DNA from: the human T2T-CHM13v2.0 reference genome, Homo sapiens
Reading direction: 5' to 3' (one strand)
Length of the DNA: 64,000 bases
Assembly (NCBI RefSeq): GCF_009914755.1
Contig: NC_060937.1
Below, piece by piece: positions 34,214 to 48,123 of the stretch (positions within the stretch are counted from its first letter, which is position 1; each line of letters opens with the position of its first letter). The notes under the pieces are model-generated. The model was not told the origin of the DNA. It ran no database searches and saw nothing but the letters and a program-made list of their open reading frames with translations. Made by a program: the position numbers and the translations under genes.

Positions 34214-34876
34214 TGATACGTAAGGAAAGTGCTGTGAGGGAAAGAGCCTGGTCCCTTTAAATGATATGGGAGGGGGGGAAGGGAAGTGCTGGGTAGAGTA
34301 GGGCGTGGTCCCTAGCTAGGGCTCTACCCCCATGGACCTAGGTGAGGACAGGCAATTCAGGCATTTCCTGCATTTCCCAAGACCGCCCTGGCCTGCCACG
34401 CCCCTATAATGTGCCTTTAAAAGCCCAAGACCGTCGCTAGGCACAGACGGAAGTGACTGGATGTGGAGAGGAGTGTATCCGCGAAGGAACGCACAAGTGG
34501 CCTGACCTGCAGAAGAACGCTAGCTAGGCACTAGGCATGCCGGCAAGGTCAGCTGAGAGCTGACCCCAGTGCAACGTGGAGGAGTTTGGTTGGGGCAGTC
34601 GGAGGAGCACCTGGGCCGCCAAGCGGCCAGACTTCGGGGGAAAGCCATCTCTCTTCTGGCGCCTTTATCGGCAGAGAGCTACTTGTACTCAAAACCTTGC
34701 ACTCATTCTCCAAGCCCACGTGGGTAAGATTCACCCACACTGCGGAGGGCGTCGGAGCTCCACAGCCTGCCTGTCTGTATGCTCCCATAGAGGTTTGAGC
34801 AGCGGGGCACTGGAGAAGCAAGTCACACCCCCATTGCACGCCATGGGAGTAGGACAAGGTAACTTTTCCTGTTTCA
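34214..34876 (+). mobile_element. ERV1 solo LTR, LTR1 family
   Basis: TG...CA ends; TGGTCCCTTTAAATGATA, GGACCTAGGTGAGGACAGGCA, CATTTCCCAAGACC and terminal AACTTTTCCTGTTTCA match recalled LTR1; near-TSD CTTT/CTGT. Confidence 0.8.
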
Positions 34877-35257
34877 CTGTGACAATACGATTCACACCCC
34901 TTTTTCCTCTTCGTTCAGTTCAGTTACTGCTGAAAAGTCAAGATAGGGTTGTTCTATTGTAAATGATCTCTCTCTTTTTTCTGACTGCTTTTAGAAATGT
35001 TCATTTAATCATTGATATTTGGTGGTTTTCCTATGTGTTTAGCCATTTATTTTCTAGGATTCTTGGGCTCCTTGATCATAAGAATTAGGGTCCTTTAACA
35101 GTTTTGGTTGGAAAATTCTCAGCTATTGTTTTTTCATATTTGCTTTCTCTTATTTTCGCCTTATGAATTCCAAGTAGATAGATGTTGGAACCTCTCATAC
35201 CGTCTTTCATGTGTCTTAAACTCTTTTTACCATATTTATCTTTTGGTATCTGTGCTT

Positions 35258-35790
35258 ATGTTAAAATGTATCCACAGGATTTTAATGTGTAGAGGTGACA
35301 GAGTGAGGACATGGAGCAGTCAGTGCCACTGGGAAGAAAAGTTTATTACTCAGTTTCCTAGAAGTGAGAGGCATTGCTTGCTATGCAGAAACACATGGGG
35401 CAGCCCCAGAGCTGGTCAGGAGGCAGGGTAGGAGTGAAAGAGAAGCACAGGCCATAGCCGTTTTTGGAGTTTCTGTGGGAAAGTCAAGGCAGGGCAGAGT
35501 AAACTTGGCTAGTTTGAGTAATTCTGGCAGGATTTAGGGCATAGCGGCTGTCTGTAATTGTCTGGTCATTGGCCACATTGATTTGGGGCAGGGAAAATAT
35601 TGGCTTGGATTGTGAGAGTTAAAGCAGAAAGTTGGGGGTATGAAGTTGGGATTGGTTGGTTTGTAGATAAAAGATATGTTCACAGGTGACTTGTTGATTA
35701 TCTCTAGTAATTAGCCCTGGAAGCTGCAGTCTCTCTGAAGCTGGCAGGCTCCCACTCTAAGATGTCAAAACATCATAAAATAAAAAAAAC
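35258..35790 (-). mobile_element. ERVL solo LTR, MER74/MER54/MER88-like
   Basis: AAGTTTATT (reverse polyA signal), GGTCAGGAGGCAG, AAGGCAGGGCAG, TTGGCTAGTTTGAGTAATT. Confidence 0.6.
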
Positions 35791-37730
35791 GAAATACTGT
35801 GCTCTTTTCTAGAAATTGTTTCATCTCTATTTTCTAGTTCACTAATTTTGTCTTCAGTGGAATCAAAGCCTCTATTAAATCCATTTATTGAGTTTCTAAT
35901 TTTAATTAGATTATTTCCACAAGTTCTTTTTGTCTAATGAAAATTTTTTGCTTTTTGCTCATTTTTCCATTTCTTATTTTATTAAGAATCTTAAATATGA
36001 CTTATATTTGTTTGTGTGTGGTAATTCTAATGATTAAAGCCACTGTGGATCTGATTCTGCTATTTGTTATTTCTGTTGGCACTTGCTCATACATACTTGC
36101 CTTGTTTTTCTTAAGTATTTTGTGATGTTTCACTGTGAGTTCATATTACTTGAAATTTAACTGGAAATTATTTGAAAATGAGATGACCGTATATTTTTCC
36201 AAAGAAAATTTGCATTTACTTTTGCTAGGTTTGTGGACACTACTGACCTAGAATTACCATCTACATTTTTAAATTTGAGGTCTTTTAACTCATTCAGTTA
36301 GGGCAACAAACTTGCATTATACTTAGCTTGTGATTACAAATTGTCAGGGAAAATACTTTTTTCTCTCCATTCGGTGCTATTTTGCTACAGATATTTTTTA
36401 GTATTTCTTAAGAGGGGTGCTGGCGGTGTGTGCAACATTTATGGTTGATTTATAATCTGGGAATTTAACTGATTAGAGTTCTGTTTTTATATAGGTGGTC
36501 TTGGATTAGATTCCACCTCTGTTGTGCCCTTCTAATTTTTCTTCTGGCCCCTAAACCCATAATGAAATTGTGTTTTGTAGTTGCATTAAGTTTAATTCAG
36601 CCACCAGGACTCATACTTCTCTGTATCTCTTCTATCGCTTCAAATTTTTTGGGCTTTCTTAAGCAGGCTTACATTTTTCCATCTCCAAATCAATTAAACG
36701 TTACATACTTTAAAATTATTTTATGCAGCATTTTTCTTTATGTTCAGTGGGAGATCCTATCAAAAATGGAAATTTCTCATTTTTCTATATTTACTTTTCC
36801 AATATGTGTTTTGGAATGTCATTTAATCTTATTTTTTCAGTTAACTAAGTCATTTCTGCTGTGTCTAATCTACTGTATCAGACTTTCTTTGAATTTTTAA
36901 TTTTAATGATTATATATTTAATTTTTAGAAGTTACTTTTGATTAATTTTCAAACCTCTGAGATTTATTTTATTGTATTTTAATCTTTATGTTTAAATTTT
37001 TTCTTTAATATTTAAAAATATACTCTTCTTTCAGCCTCTATCTGAATCTTCTGGTATCTGAAGTTTTGGGAGTCTAATCACATTCTCAGATGTCTGCTGA
37101 TTACAGCAAATTATTTTTATACACCTTTGCTATTTCTGATTTCAAACTTATGTACAGAGGGAATGTGCCTGGATGCCTTCTGAAAGATTTTTTTTTTCCA
37201 TTTGCTTCTGCCAAATCATTTAAGAATATCACTGAATCACAATTTATGTTAATTTCTTGGTCTGGAATTTCTTACCATGCAACTGTTATAAATTCCAACC
37301 TCAAAGTCAAATGAAGTGTGAGCCCATCATACAAATTCTCAAAGGACACTGTTTTTTTCCTGTACCAAGAGATGAGCATTCTTATTTTCTTTTTCTGATC
37401 ATGCATGCATTTTTCTAGTCTGTTTTTTTGTTCCCTCCCTGAGAATTCTCCTTTATGAAGCATTTTCAGTTTCAATGTCTTGCCTCCCTTAGGTTCAAGA
37501 ACTCTTCTGTACCCATGTGGGCATTAAATCTTCAGCCCCAACCTCCTTTATTAGCAAGAATGATAGCCCAACCATATCTGCTGCTGTGTCTATCAGCTCA
37601 CGTGTCTATCTGTTTCTAGTGTCTACTTATTATTTGTTGCCTAAACATTGATCATGTTTTGTGATCTCACTATATATTTTAAAAGAATGTTGATTTTATC
37701 TAGCATTTCTGGGTGTTTTATAATGAAGAC
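35790..37730 (-). mobile_element. Old L1M/HAL1 5'-region fragments
   Basis: TTTCTAGTTCACTAATT, CCATTTATTGAGTTTCTAATTTTAA, TTAATTTTTAGAAGTTA; T-rich antisense L1 composition. Confidence 0.5.
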
Positions 37731-39624
37731 GTTTTGGGTTAGCTATCCATGTTACAAGCTATGGAAAGGCTTTGCTTACTATTTTAGTATAGAGTGCTTT
37801 CTGATTTTTGTGCCATCATTTGGTGGGGACCATACTAATCTTTATCCTTTCAGTTTTTGTGTTAATGCTAAGGAACTGGATTGTCCTTGTGAAATCTTGA
37901 ATATTTCATAGAAATGCCTTTCTGTTATGGAAAACAACTGAGTAACAGTCTCTGAAAGTCCTTTGCTCACGACTGGCTGGTGTTGCTTTGTATTGTAGCT
38001 GGAATTTTTCAGAGACAGAATGAGGAACTTTAGGAGTATAATAATGGCCAAATGGAACTTCTGTGTAATATTGTGTTGATTTGAAACATGTATATTTCCA
38101 TGTTTGGTGATTCTTAAGAAAACATGCCTTGGTTGTAAGGATATGATGCATAGGGATATTTCTGAATTTGATTTTATATCATTCAATATTTTCTGGTTTT
38201 AAATCCTATTTTTCAGATATGGTCAAAACCCATTCATTCATTACTCAGAATGAGTTTGCCTACTATAGAGATAATACAGGTTCTAGGAAACAGGCTTTTT
38301 CTACCCATGTAATGTAATATAATGTTCTTTGCTTCAACACTTATGAAAGTACCAAAAATTACTGTGAATGTTTTTTGTTTTTCTGTTTTTCTTTTTTTTT
38401 CTTTTGGGGGGACAGGATGGGGTTGGTGGGTGCTTGTGGAGTGAATTCTTGTCTTATCTCACTGACTCTCCTGACTGACTCTATCCTGAAGCTCTGCTTT
38501 CTTACCAAATCCTTGACATTACAATGGCCATGTGACCTTTGGTGTGGACAGTATGATAAAGCATCAAGATTCTCTTGAGACACTTTGGAGGATATCATGC
38601 TACATTGTACAGATAAGGTAGGAGAAGGAAACAGAACAAGAAATGACAGCGTTACTGGGAACAAGGGGAAAGAAGAGAGTCAGTTATCTGGTGTGTTCCT
38701 AAATAGGCGTGTGTGTCTTATATATATATATATATTATCAGCTTAACTTCAAGTACTAGACTTACTTATTGAATGACTGATTATTGGAGGAATCAGTGAA
38801 GATCAAGAATGATCATTCCATCAAAAGCAGGAGCTTGAGTGAAATGGCTGCAATAGAGACTTTGGAGGGAGGACACAGACCAGTAGGACTCCAGTGGAAG
38901 ATTAGAATATGTAGAATAAGGTGAGATCATGGAGCCCTTGAATACCAGGCAGGTGAATGTAAACTTTATTCAGGAACCAATGGGGACCAATGAGTGGAGG
39001 AAGATGGGCTGAAATTGGAGGTTTACATGACATAGGTAAGAGATCCTGATTCTGGGAAGCTTGATAGGGAGATAAATGTGTGGGGTGATTTAGAATGAAC
39101 GAGGGGACATCAGTAAAAAGGAGAAAAAAACAGGTATTTGCATTTTTAAGGGAGAATAAAAATACTAACAGTATGGTTAAGAAAAAGAATGAGCACAATT
39201 ACTCACAATTTGGAATTGGATGTAAGGGGATTAACCCTTGGGAAAAGAAAAAAACACCGCAGGCCTTAGATGTTCAAAAACAAATTCTCAAATTAGCTTG
39301 CTCTTGTTCAAGGCATGATGATACTTGGGGAGTCACCCTGGTTCTTGCTTTGTGGAGGTCAGTCAAGAGCTAAGCAGAAAGCCCTCCTGATTATTTAAAA
39401 AAAATCAGTAGGCAGAGGCAGAGAAGCCAGGGAGGCCAGGATGTGGCAGAGGAGCCCAAGGCAGGTGTCATGCTGGGGAGCTTGGAAGCAGCCAGGGGTC
39501 CTGGTAGGAGCTGGCAGAGGTTTGTGTCCTAGTAATTTTGTTACAAAAAGGTGAAACTCAGCTTTGGTAACCAGCTTGTGATAAAGGAATTGCGTTTCAT
39601 GTTACTCTAAGTCTTTTAATAGTA

Positions 39625-40061
39625 CAAATGACCCTTGAGCAATGCGTGTTTAAACTTTGCGGGTCACTTACTTACACATGTATTTTCATCTACCTCTGCC
39701 ACCCCTGAGAGAGCAAGGCCTACCCCTCCTCCTCCCTGTCAGCCCACTCAACACCAAGATCACAAGGATGAAGATCTTCAGGATGATCCATTTCCACTCA
39801 ATGAATAGAAAATATATTTTCTCTTCCTCATGATTTTCTTAACATTTTCTTTGCTCTAGCTTACTTTATTGTAAGAATACAACATATAATACATAAAACA
39901 TGGAAAATATGTCTCCATCCACTGTTTATGTTACTAGTAAGGCTTCCGTTCAACAGTAGGCTATGAGTAATTACATTTTTGGAATCAAAAGTTATACGTG
40001 GATATTCAACTGTGTTGTGGGGTTGGTGCCTCTGTCTCCCAGGATGTTGAAGGACTGACGG
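39625..40061 (+). mobile_element. Tigger2a (MER28) non-autonomous DNA transposon
   Basis: TA|CAAATGACCCTTGAGCAA TIR; CCTCTGCCACCCCTGAGA, GCTTACTTTATTGTAAGAATACA, TCAACAGTAGGCTAT; ends ...G|TA; ~437 bp. Confidence 0.85.
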
Positions 40062-40554
40062 TATACTAAAACATTAAGATAAAACAGCTCTCCCTTCTCT
40101 CCTCACTCACACCTGTGCTGGTGTTGCTGCTGCTTCTATGTGTGCTTTCTTCGCACTGTCTCTGATCTCCAAGCCAAGCCCCAGTCACCTGACCAGCCTC
40201 TCCAAGCCCCAGGCCTACTCAGCTTCAGTCTGCTTCTGCATCCTCCTCCCTCCCACTGTATTCGTTGTTACTGATTCCTCTGCACAGCTCTTCTGTCTCT
40301 ATATTCTTCTCCCACACCCAAAATAAAGGGCTACCAAAGACCTGCCTCATACATCTCATGCCCGTCCCTGAACTTTCTTCTTTAGGGTTTTCCTTCTCCC
40401 CTTGGCTTCAGATGTCATGACCATGAAGGCAAATCTCAAATTTGGGTGTATGTGTATTCTTGACCTCTTAGTGAAGTTCCAGCGCCACCTCATTACAACT
40501 AGAAGGTGTTCCAGTTTGGCCATCTTAGCTGTTTTAGATTCATACTCGGCACAT

Positions 40555-41250
40555 CGTATTTTCAGTCTATGCCTTCCAGAGAAACAGAACCAATACTATC
40601 AATGTATCTATCTATGAGAGAGAGAGAGAGGGAGACAGGGGCAGAGAGAAGGGGAGAGGATATTTATTTTAAAGAACTGGCTCATGTGATCACGGGGGGC
40701 TGCAAGTCTGAAATCCATAGGGCAGTTCAGCAGGCTGGAAGCTCCAATAAGAGCTGATGTTGCAATCTTGAACCTGCAATCTGTGGGGTTACAGGTAGGC
40801 TCTCCACTCAGGCATGATTTCTAGGTTGTAATTTTGAGGAAGAACTCTTTCTTGCCCTGGAAACCTCAGTCTTTACTCTTAAGATCTTCAGTTGATTAGA
40901 TGAAGCCCACTCACATTATGAAGGGTCATCTGCTTTTCTCAAAGTTGACTTTAAGTACATTTATGGTATTTTTGTTTGTTTTTAAGAGGGTCTTGCTCTG
41001 TCACCCAGGCTGGAGTTCAGTGGCCTGATGACAGCTCACTGCAGCCTTGACCTCCTGAGCTCAAGTGATCCTCCCACCTCTTTCTCCTCAGTAGCTGGGA
41101 TTACAGGAGTGAGTCACTGCTCCTGGCAATAGTATTTTGTAAATGTTAATCACATCTAAGAAATACCTTCACAGCAATATCTAAACTAGTGCTTGACCGA
41201 ACAGTTGGGCAGTGTAGCCTAGCCAGGTTGACACACAAAATTAGCCATCA
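40555..41250 (-). mobile_element. ERVL solo LTR MLT2 (B/D-like), interrupted by a FLAM
   Basis: CCAGAGAAACAGAACCAATA, GATATTTATTTTAAAGAACTGGCTCATGTGAT, GTTGACACACAAAATTAGCCATCAC; internal (GA)n. Confidence 0.85.
40968..41127 (-). mobile_element. FLAM Alu monomer
   Basis: Single ~130-bp arm ending GGATTACAGGAGTGAGTCACTGCTCCTGGC; TSD-like T(G/A)GTATTTT. Confidence 0.85.
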
Positions 41251-41427
41251 CCTTCTGTGTTCAGACTTGCTTTTAATGGTATCAACCACAAATTCCAGAG
41301 ATATTGTTGAGTTCTTCTACTCCCTGTCTTTGAAGTCAGCTAAGCCTGGGGATTGAGTCTCAGTTCCGCCATCACTATCTATTTGATCTTAGGTGACTTG
41401 TCTGATCTTGTCAAGATTTAGTTTTCT

Positions 41428-41714
41428 GCCACGCATGGTGGTTTGTGCCTGTAATCCCAGTACTTTGGGAGGCCAAGGCGGGTGGATCACTTGAGCCCAG
41501 GAGTTCGAGACCATCCTGGACAACACGAAAAACCGTGTCTCTACAAAAAATACAAAAATTAGCTGGGTATGGTGGTGCCTGCATGTAGTTACAGCTGTTC
41601 AGGAAGCTGAGGTGAGAGGATTACTTAAGTCCGGGAGTTCAAGGCTACAGTGAGCTGTGATTGTGCCATTGCACTCCAGCCTGGGTGACAGAGTGAGATC
41701 CTGTCTCAAAAAAA
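41428..41714 (+). mobile_element. AluJ inserted into a MIR core
   Basis: GGATCACTTGAGCCCAGGAG; TSD AAGA(TTT/CTG)AGTTTTCT; MIR sequence on both sides (~41335-41830). Confidence 0.9.
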
Positions 41715-41869
41715 AGACTGAGTTTTCTTATAGGTAGGATGAGAAAAAGAGCAGTACCTGTGCATCTCACAGACTTGAAATGGGGGGAGGCATACACATT
41801 CGTGAGCTCTAGAAGCTTGGCTCACGGCATGTTCTCCCTTGAGAATGGCGGCCGGGCCACCTTACTTAG

Positions 41870-42010
41870 CCATCACACCTGCATTACAGCATGGCCTCAC
41901 CATGTCCATTTGGCAGATGAGGAATTGAAAGGTTAGAGTTTGCCAGTAGTAATAGAGATTGCAAACGCCAGTGCTGGAATTTGAGGTGAAAGTGTTCTGA
42001 AACCAAAGCC
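41870..42010 (-). mobile_element. MIR
   Basis: CCATTTGGCAGATGAGGAATTGAAAGGTTA core. Confidence 0.6.
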
Positions 42011-43619
42011 AGACATCCTTTTCACTGCACCAAACTGGGGGTGCTCCCAAGTGCTGGAGAAGCTGAGTAGGGTGCACCTGAGGTGTGGATGCACCTGTCT
42101 GCTCTCATCCACGCACCATCCCCACCAAGCCTGGAGCACATGGTGTATGTTTCCCTGGGTTGGGGGCCACTTAAAATCTAGCTCACCAAACTTCTCACCT
42201 CACTCAAATTGCCCCTCCCTTAATGCTTAGAAGAAACAGACAAATCACACAAAACATGATGGATAACATAAGTTTCTTTTATTAACAATCGAGGTAGACA
42301 GCCTTCCCAAACATCTGCCTTTGTTTTACTGTAAAATACAATTTTATTTGTACTGTATGAGTCTCAAGCAGCCCATGAAGACTCGCTTGCATTATGTTTG
42401 TTTTACTTTAGGAAAAATTAAGTCAGGAGAGAAATCCAGTATATAGTTTTAAAACTCGAATCCAATAAAGATGGAAAGAATGCCTTTCCTGGAAAACCGA
42501 GCTTTACTCTCATGTCTCCTACACTGTAAACTTCTCATATCCAGAGAGTGGAGTCCCACGTTGTCTGTTTGTCTTTAGTGCTGCACTTCTCTGTGGTTTT
42601 GCGATTTTTCTCTGGAAGTGTCTTGTTTTCCTCACTGCAGTGTGACCTTCCTGAAGGCAAAGGCTGGGACCCTTTCACCTTTGAAATTTCCATACTTAGG
42701 CAGGTGGTAGACACTCAAAAAATATTGAAAGAATATAAGGAAAAAGCAAGGCCAAGAAGGAGGGCATAAGGAAAAAAGACTGCCACAGGGGGCAGAAAAT
42801 GGAAGCAAACCAACCCACTTACCCGGTTCCTAAGCATTAACGCTAATTGAGTTTTACTACATTTTCGTCAACCCTGTTGTGCCCATCAAATGGAGACACT
42901 CAATCACTAAGTCATATTCTTCCTGGAGGGTCACTTCTCTTTCCAGTAAGACATGAGCATGGCATGTTTAGGAGAGAGAGTGCCTCGACTTGCTTATTAA
43001 TTGCAGCTTCTCTCCGGCTCATGGAGCTGGTTTGTGGTCTATCAAGCATGAAGAAATGGAGCTTGAAAGTTTGCCAGCAGACAACTTAGCTTTCTAAATA
43101 AAAGCTGAGGCCCTGAGAGCACTGAGGCCCATGAGTCTATTCACAGTGTGGGAGAGGGAAAGCTCTGCTATTTCCATATGCATAATATGAAAACAAGCTA
43201 TATGACATTATCAACCTTTGCTTGCTTAGTAGTAAAAAGTACCTTGACTACAAGGATCCACCCTCCTCATCTATTGATCTAATCTAGAAGCATTGGCTAT
43301 AATGATAGCTATATCCATGGATGGGTATCATGTTAATTGCTTTACTTCATTGAATCACTGGGAGAGTCCTGCAATATAGGTGGTGTTGTCATCTGCTTTT
43401 TAGTCATGAGGAGTCTTGAGACCAAGAGCACTTTCCTAACTTGCCCAGGACCTTACCTCATGGGGGAAGATCCAGAACTAGTATCCTTGGTGGTCTGGCT
43501 CCGAAGAACATGTCTGACCACCGAGCCACATACCCTATTTCTTTGTAAGGAGGAAGTATTTCAAACAAGAACACGTGAATTTCCCTAGAGACAGGAAAAA
43601 AGTCATGAAAATGATCTTC

Positions 43620-43928
43620 GGAGCTGGAGGTCATTATGCTTAGCAAACTAATGCAGGAACAGAAAACCGAATACCGCATATGCTCACTTAAAGTGGGAGC
43701 TAAATGATGAGAACACATAGATGTATAGAGGCGAACAGCAGACACTGGGGTCTACCTGGGGGTGGAGGCTGGGAGGAGGGAGAGGAGCAGAAAAAATAAC
43801 TATTGGGTAGTAGGCTTAGTTAGTACCTAGGTGACAAAATCTGTACAACAAACCCCCGTGGCACAGTTGACCTATATAACAAATGTGCACATGTACCCTT
43901 GAACCTAAAATAAAAGCTTAAAATAAAA
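43620..43928 (+). mobile_element. 5'-truncated L1PA (PA11-15-like) 3' UTR
   Basis: GGAGCTGGAGGTCATTATGCTTAGCAAACTA...GCACATGTACCCTTGAACCTAAAATAAAAG; TSD ATGAAA(A)TGATCTT at 43605 and 43929. Confidence 0.9.
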
Positions 43929-45033
43929 ATGAAATGATCTTTGTGTATTTAGAGTACAATATGCATTTATTTGAGGAGAGCTTTTATATATATTTTTGTT
44001 AGCTTGTAAAAACTGAGCATGAACTTGATATCACCATCAGCCACTGAGATATAGACCGAGGCCTACTTACAGCGAGGGCATGTGTCTGAAGTGGTTGCCC
44101 TCTGAACTGTGGCTCTCCTGCTGGTGTTCTGGTGAGAGCTTCTTCTGGGTTCTCTCGAGGGAGGTTCCTCGTGTAGGTTATCCCTTGTGGTGACCGTTCC
44201 TAGAGTGTATCACTTGTTCTTCCACTTGTTGGGCCAGGTTTTAACTAACTGCTTTCACCTCTTTGTCAAAAGCTTCTGTCGCACACTCCAGAATCACAGA
44301 TCTCAGGACGATGTGTCTGGTGCTTTCCTTCCCTGAAATTCAATAAAGAAATAAAGATTTCAAGAAACAATGTTTTTAGATATCTCAACCATTTCTCAGT
44401 GGGTGTGACTAATTCAGTTCAACTAGCATTTGTCGAGTGTCCATTCTATCAGTAATCACAGTGCCTGCATTTTTGTTCAAGCTTTCCTCATTTTAAAGCA
44501 CTTTTGTAAACAGTATAGGCAAGGCTGTGTGTTGTGAAGATCAGGGATGAGAGGATGTGGCATGAAAGGGCCACCACAGGAAAGGGCTGGTTACCTCTTC
44601 TGGCTTGGAGGCTTTGTCAGGGGTGTCCTCAGAGCCTGCGGTCATTTGATGGGCTGCTTGAGGAAGATGTACTCTGCATTGGCTCAAAGGAGTAGAAGCA
44701 CCAGATTTTGCACCATTGAGAAGACCTTTCTTACAACTGTTGTGTCCAGCAACAGAACGGGCTGCATATGACACTGGCAGCTCCCCAGCTAAGAAGCTGG
44801 CTAGGCTGAGTAACCAGTGTGACCGGGGAGAGGATACCAGCAGGATTCACTGTCCTTTCATTTAGCTAGGATCATGTGATCTGGGGCCAGATGACCTGAA
44901 TTCTCATCTTGGCTGCACCACTGGCTCGTAGTGTGAACTTGGGAACTCACAGTCTTTCCCTCATTTGGCTGCTGAAAGGACTAAGTGGGTTAAGGCGAAG
45001 TGCTTAGAACAGTTTTTAGTAAGTCAACAATAA

Positions 45034-45421
<388 letters not shown>

Positions 45422-45719
45422 TAATATGCTACAGTGGCTAGTCGTGAATAATCATTACAGAACATTGAAGAAATATGAGTTATTAATGAAAACTTTTAAA
45501 TTATCATATATTAGAGGTAATAAGGTGGGAAGAGTAGGAGATGCAAACAAGCAGAGGACACACTTCCTGGGTTCTGGGGTTCCCAGTCCTGCTGGGAAAA
45601 CATGATGCATAAGATGATAACTTACAATTGCAAACAGTGCATGATAGAATGCTTCATGAGTAGTCTGGCAGTCAGTTGAGAGAGGAGATCACCAAAGCAG
45701 GCCTTGAGTTAAACACCCA

Positions 45720-46160
45720 GGTTTCTGTCAAATAATGGTATGTAACATACAACCCAATGTCTCATTGGCTGAAAACAACAAGCATTGATTGCTCACAGTT
45801 GGGCCTGTGGGTCAGTGACAACTCAGCTGGGCAAGGCTGCACTCGCTGCAGGCTCCTGCTGTTGGTTCAGGGCTTCTCTGTGTGGGTCTTGTCTTGAAAC
45901 TCGGGCTGAGGAAGCAGCCCTTAGACGAGGTGAGTTCTCATGGTAGGGGTGGGTGTGGGGTAGGATCATTGGCGACAGGGGATCCTCCCATGGCTCTGGC
46001 TTGGAACTGGCCTAGCCATCCCTTTCCATTGTCCAAAAACGGCCACATGGCCAAGTTGAACATCAGTAGAGCAGGGATGCCTATTCTGGGGTGAAAGTGA
46101 AGCATGGCAGAGGTGAGAGAGAAGGGAAAATTGTGAGGAAATAGTGTACAGCCTACCACA
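45720..46160 (-). mobile_element. Old MaLR LTR (MLT1H-K-like)
   Basis: GGCTGAAAACAACAAGCATTGATTGCTCACAG, CCATTGTCCAAAA..CACATGGCCAAG, terminal CTACCACA. Confidence 0.7.
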
Positions 46161-46249
46161 GATAGCTTTCAAACGTGCACATTAACATTCAGTAGATGCC
46201 TTGAAGGAAAGAATCACAGCGTTATTCTGCACACGATGGGCATGCAGTA

Positions 46250-46530
46250 GTCAGGCATGGTGGCTCACACTTGTAATCTCAGCTCTTTAGGAGGCTGAGG
46301 CTGGAGGCTCACTTGAGGCCAGGAATTTGAGACCAGCCTGGACAACATAGCAAGACGCCATTTCTACAAAATTTGAAAAATTATCTGGGTATGGTGGCAC
46401 GTGCCTGTAGTCCTAGCTACTTGGAAGACTGAGGCAGGAGGATCGCTTGAGCCCAGCAGTTCAAGGCTGCAGCGAGCTATGATTGCATCACTGCCCTCCA
46501 GCTTGGGCGACAGAATGAGGTGTCTCTAAA
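46250..46530 (+). mobile_element. AluJ
   Basis: CACTTGAGGCCAGGA, GGATCGCTTGAGCCCAG..TTCAAGGCTGCAG. Confidence 0.9.
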
Positions 46531-46532
46531 GA

Positions 46533-46567
46533 TAGCTAGCTAGCTAGCTAGCTAGCTAGCTAGCTAG
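46533..46567. repeat. (TAGC)8 self-complementary tetranucleotide repeat
   Basis: Perfect TAGC x8 + TAG in place of the Alu tail. Confidence 0.95.
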
Positions 46568-47414
46568 ATAGGTTCGGGTGATTTTCATATGATATTCTAA
46601 GTGAAAACCCAAATCATAGGCAATTCAGCCACAGCAAAATACCCAACAAGTTTGTAACCACAGGCCACCTGGCCCACCTGGAGATAGACTAAGATGCTGA
46701 GGAGGACGGCCCCTCCCTCCAGGGAGGAGGAGACAAACAGAAGGGCTGTAATTAGGTCAGAGCTGAGGTCTCTACCTCTCTTTCAATACATTGGAAATAG
46801 GCTGTTGCCAAATGTGGCTCTGAAGGCCTGTGGTAAATTGGGAAATCCTGAATGCACTGTAATTTCCAGGGGCTCTCTGTGTTGACTTTATGATAACACC
46901 CCCAGGAGAGGTCGGATAATACTTTGCCTTGTAGCAAACGGATTTTCTTACTGAAGTTTCTCTCTGCACTTTGGTCGCTGGAGGACATTCTCCTCATACC
47001 CATACCTCTGAAATGAAAGGTGCTGGGAACACATCCTTGTCTTCCAATTGATGGGTCTATGGCACATCCACACGCAACAGGCCGCAGAAGCTGGTGCCAG
47101 AGCCGTGGTTGGGAGAATTGCCTCGCTGGCTTCATCTCCAGTCTGGAAAGAGGAGGATGGGTGCCTTTGGGGGTGGACTAAAGTGTATAAACATCACAGT
47201 ATCTATAGAGTATCTGTCATTTGACAAGTGTTCTGTTTGTGCCTCTGCATGCATCATATACGGATGCCCACCATGTCCTCTGGGTGAGGAACTACTCCCC
47301 TGTACGAGGTCTAGAGAAACTGGATATCTAGGTCAGTCTACGACCAGAGGTTGGGCTTCTTCTACTTTTTCTTCCTTTTATTTAAATCAGACTGACCTTT
47401 TTAAGAGTCTGAGA

Positions 47415-47760
47415 GAGTAGAATGACAGATCCCAGGAACTGGGAAGGGTAGTGGGAGGGGGAGGGGGGTGGTTAATGGGTACAAAAATACAGTTAGGTAG
47501 AATAAAGAAGATCTAGTGTTTGATAGCACAGCAGGGTACCAGCAGTCAGCAATAATTTATCATACATTTATAAATAACTAAAAGAGTATAATTGGATTGT
47601 TTGTAACACAAAGAAAGGATAAATGCTTGAGGTGATGATACCTCATTTACCCTGATGTGGTTATTATGCATTGCATGCCTGTACCCCGTAAATAAAATAA
47701 AATATTCCTTGTACCCCATAAATAAAGACCCTGCTATGTACCCATAAAATTTTTAAAAAG
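47415..47760 (+). mobile_element. L1MA (MA1-3-like) 3' end
   Basis: GGTTAATGGGTACAAAAA, TAATTGGATTGTTTGTAACACAAAG, CTATGTACCCATAAAA. Confidence 0.88.
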
Positions 47761-48014
47761 GAAACTGAGGTAAACTTTTGACCCCCTCTCCTGAACAATG
47801 TGTAAATGGACAAACACACACAAATTACAGACAATGTCAAAGAGTTCACTGATCTTTTAAAAACAAGATGTAGATAGAGTTGTGTTCTGACTTAAGAGCT
47901 GAAGGGTGGAATTAACTTAAAACCCCTCCAACAGCTTTTTGGAAGAAAAGGTGAGGTGCTGTGAGAACAGACTCACCTCTTTCTTTGAAAACAGTTGTGT
48001 GACTGACATAATTC

Positions 48015-48123
48015 ACACACGCACACACACATATGCATACACACATGCACATGCGTGCACACAGGCATAAAAACACATACACAAACATACACATGCACAC
48101 ACATGTATGAGTACCGTGCACAC
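48015..48123. repeat. Degenerate (CA)n
   Basis: Directly visible. Confidence 0.85.

Noticed and set aside
47441-47470. G-quadruplex-forming G runs
   Set aside because: Ordinary feature of the L1 3' UTR in which it lies.
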